From the NCBI GenBank assembly GCA_013239625.1, contig MU054323.1:19985082-20049081 (forward strand): 64,000 nucleotides of DNA, read 5' to 3'. This stretch comes from Lama guanicoe. Lineage: Eukaryota. The notes below the pieces were generated by a model, which was not told the origin of the DNA, did not search any database, and saw only the letters and a list, made by a program, of their open reading frames with translations. Of the stretch, positions 63,611 through 64,000 are shown piece after piece. The stretch's first letter is position 1; every line of letters begins with the position of its first letter. The translations under genes and the position numbers were made by a program.

Positions 63611-64000
63611 CTCAGGTCCCTAATTTTGTCAGTTGTAGTCTGTAGCCATATCAAGGTCCTTTTGCAATGAGCTTCTGATTCTTTCTAAAACTTCTTCCCT
63701 GCTGACTGGGAGGCAACCCCACCATCTCTCACAGCCTGGGGCTGTTCAGCTGACTTCCATCGGAATGACACTTGGGGGATGCAAAGATTCCAATCTGGCT
63801 GGTACACGTCAGACAACTTGAAGGACCTGTGCTCTAGCCCTAGGGTACAGTCAAAGTGACCATGACAAAGCTCAGGGACATGGGCAAGGTCAGGGCAAGG
63901 GAAGGCATGATGTCCTAAGAGGGCTGTGTCAGAACTTGAGGAAAAAAATATTATCTAAACAATGTTATTTCCAGCCACTCTGCTTCCCCTGCTTCCATTA

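Overview
Mammalian genomic DNA, most likely from a camelid (alpaca/llama/camel), judged from three tRNA-Ala-derived Vic-1-type SINEs. The window holds the 3' part of EML4 (echinoderm microtubule-associated protein-like 4) on the + strand. I reconstructed 18 constitutive coding exons by hand (human numbering 6-23, 5..51787). They splice in frame into 2305 nt covering the HELP motif, the WD40/TAPE propellers and an acidic tail, followed by a ~2.3 kb 3' UTR with a poly(A) signal at ~54064. Notable splicing features: the 33-nt alternative microexon 6b with a downstream RBFOX motif cluster, a U12 (minor spliceosome) GT-AG intron at 11810..13057, a NAGNAG acceptor, an in-frame 114-nt intron whose only stop is its own acceptor TAG, and a perfect decoy donor 47 nt upstream of exon 15. 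Introns and the GC-richer 3' flank carry ordinary L1, L2, MIR, hAT-Charlie and LTR relics. I found no prokaryote-type or wholly novel multi-gene system. Almost all ORFs in the track are spurious. Repeat boundaries and family names are approximate and come from remembered consensus sequences, not a search.
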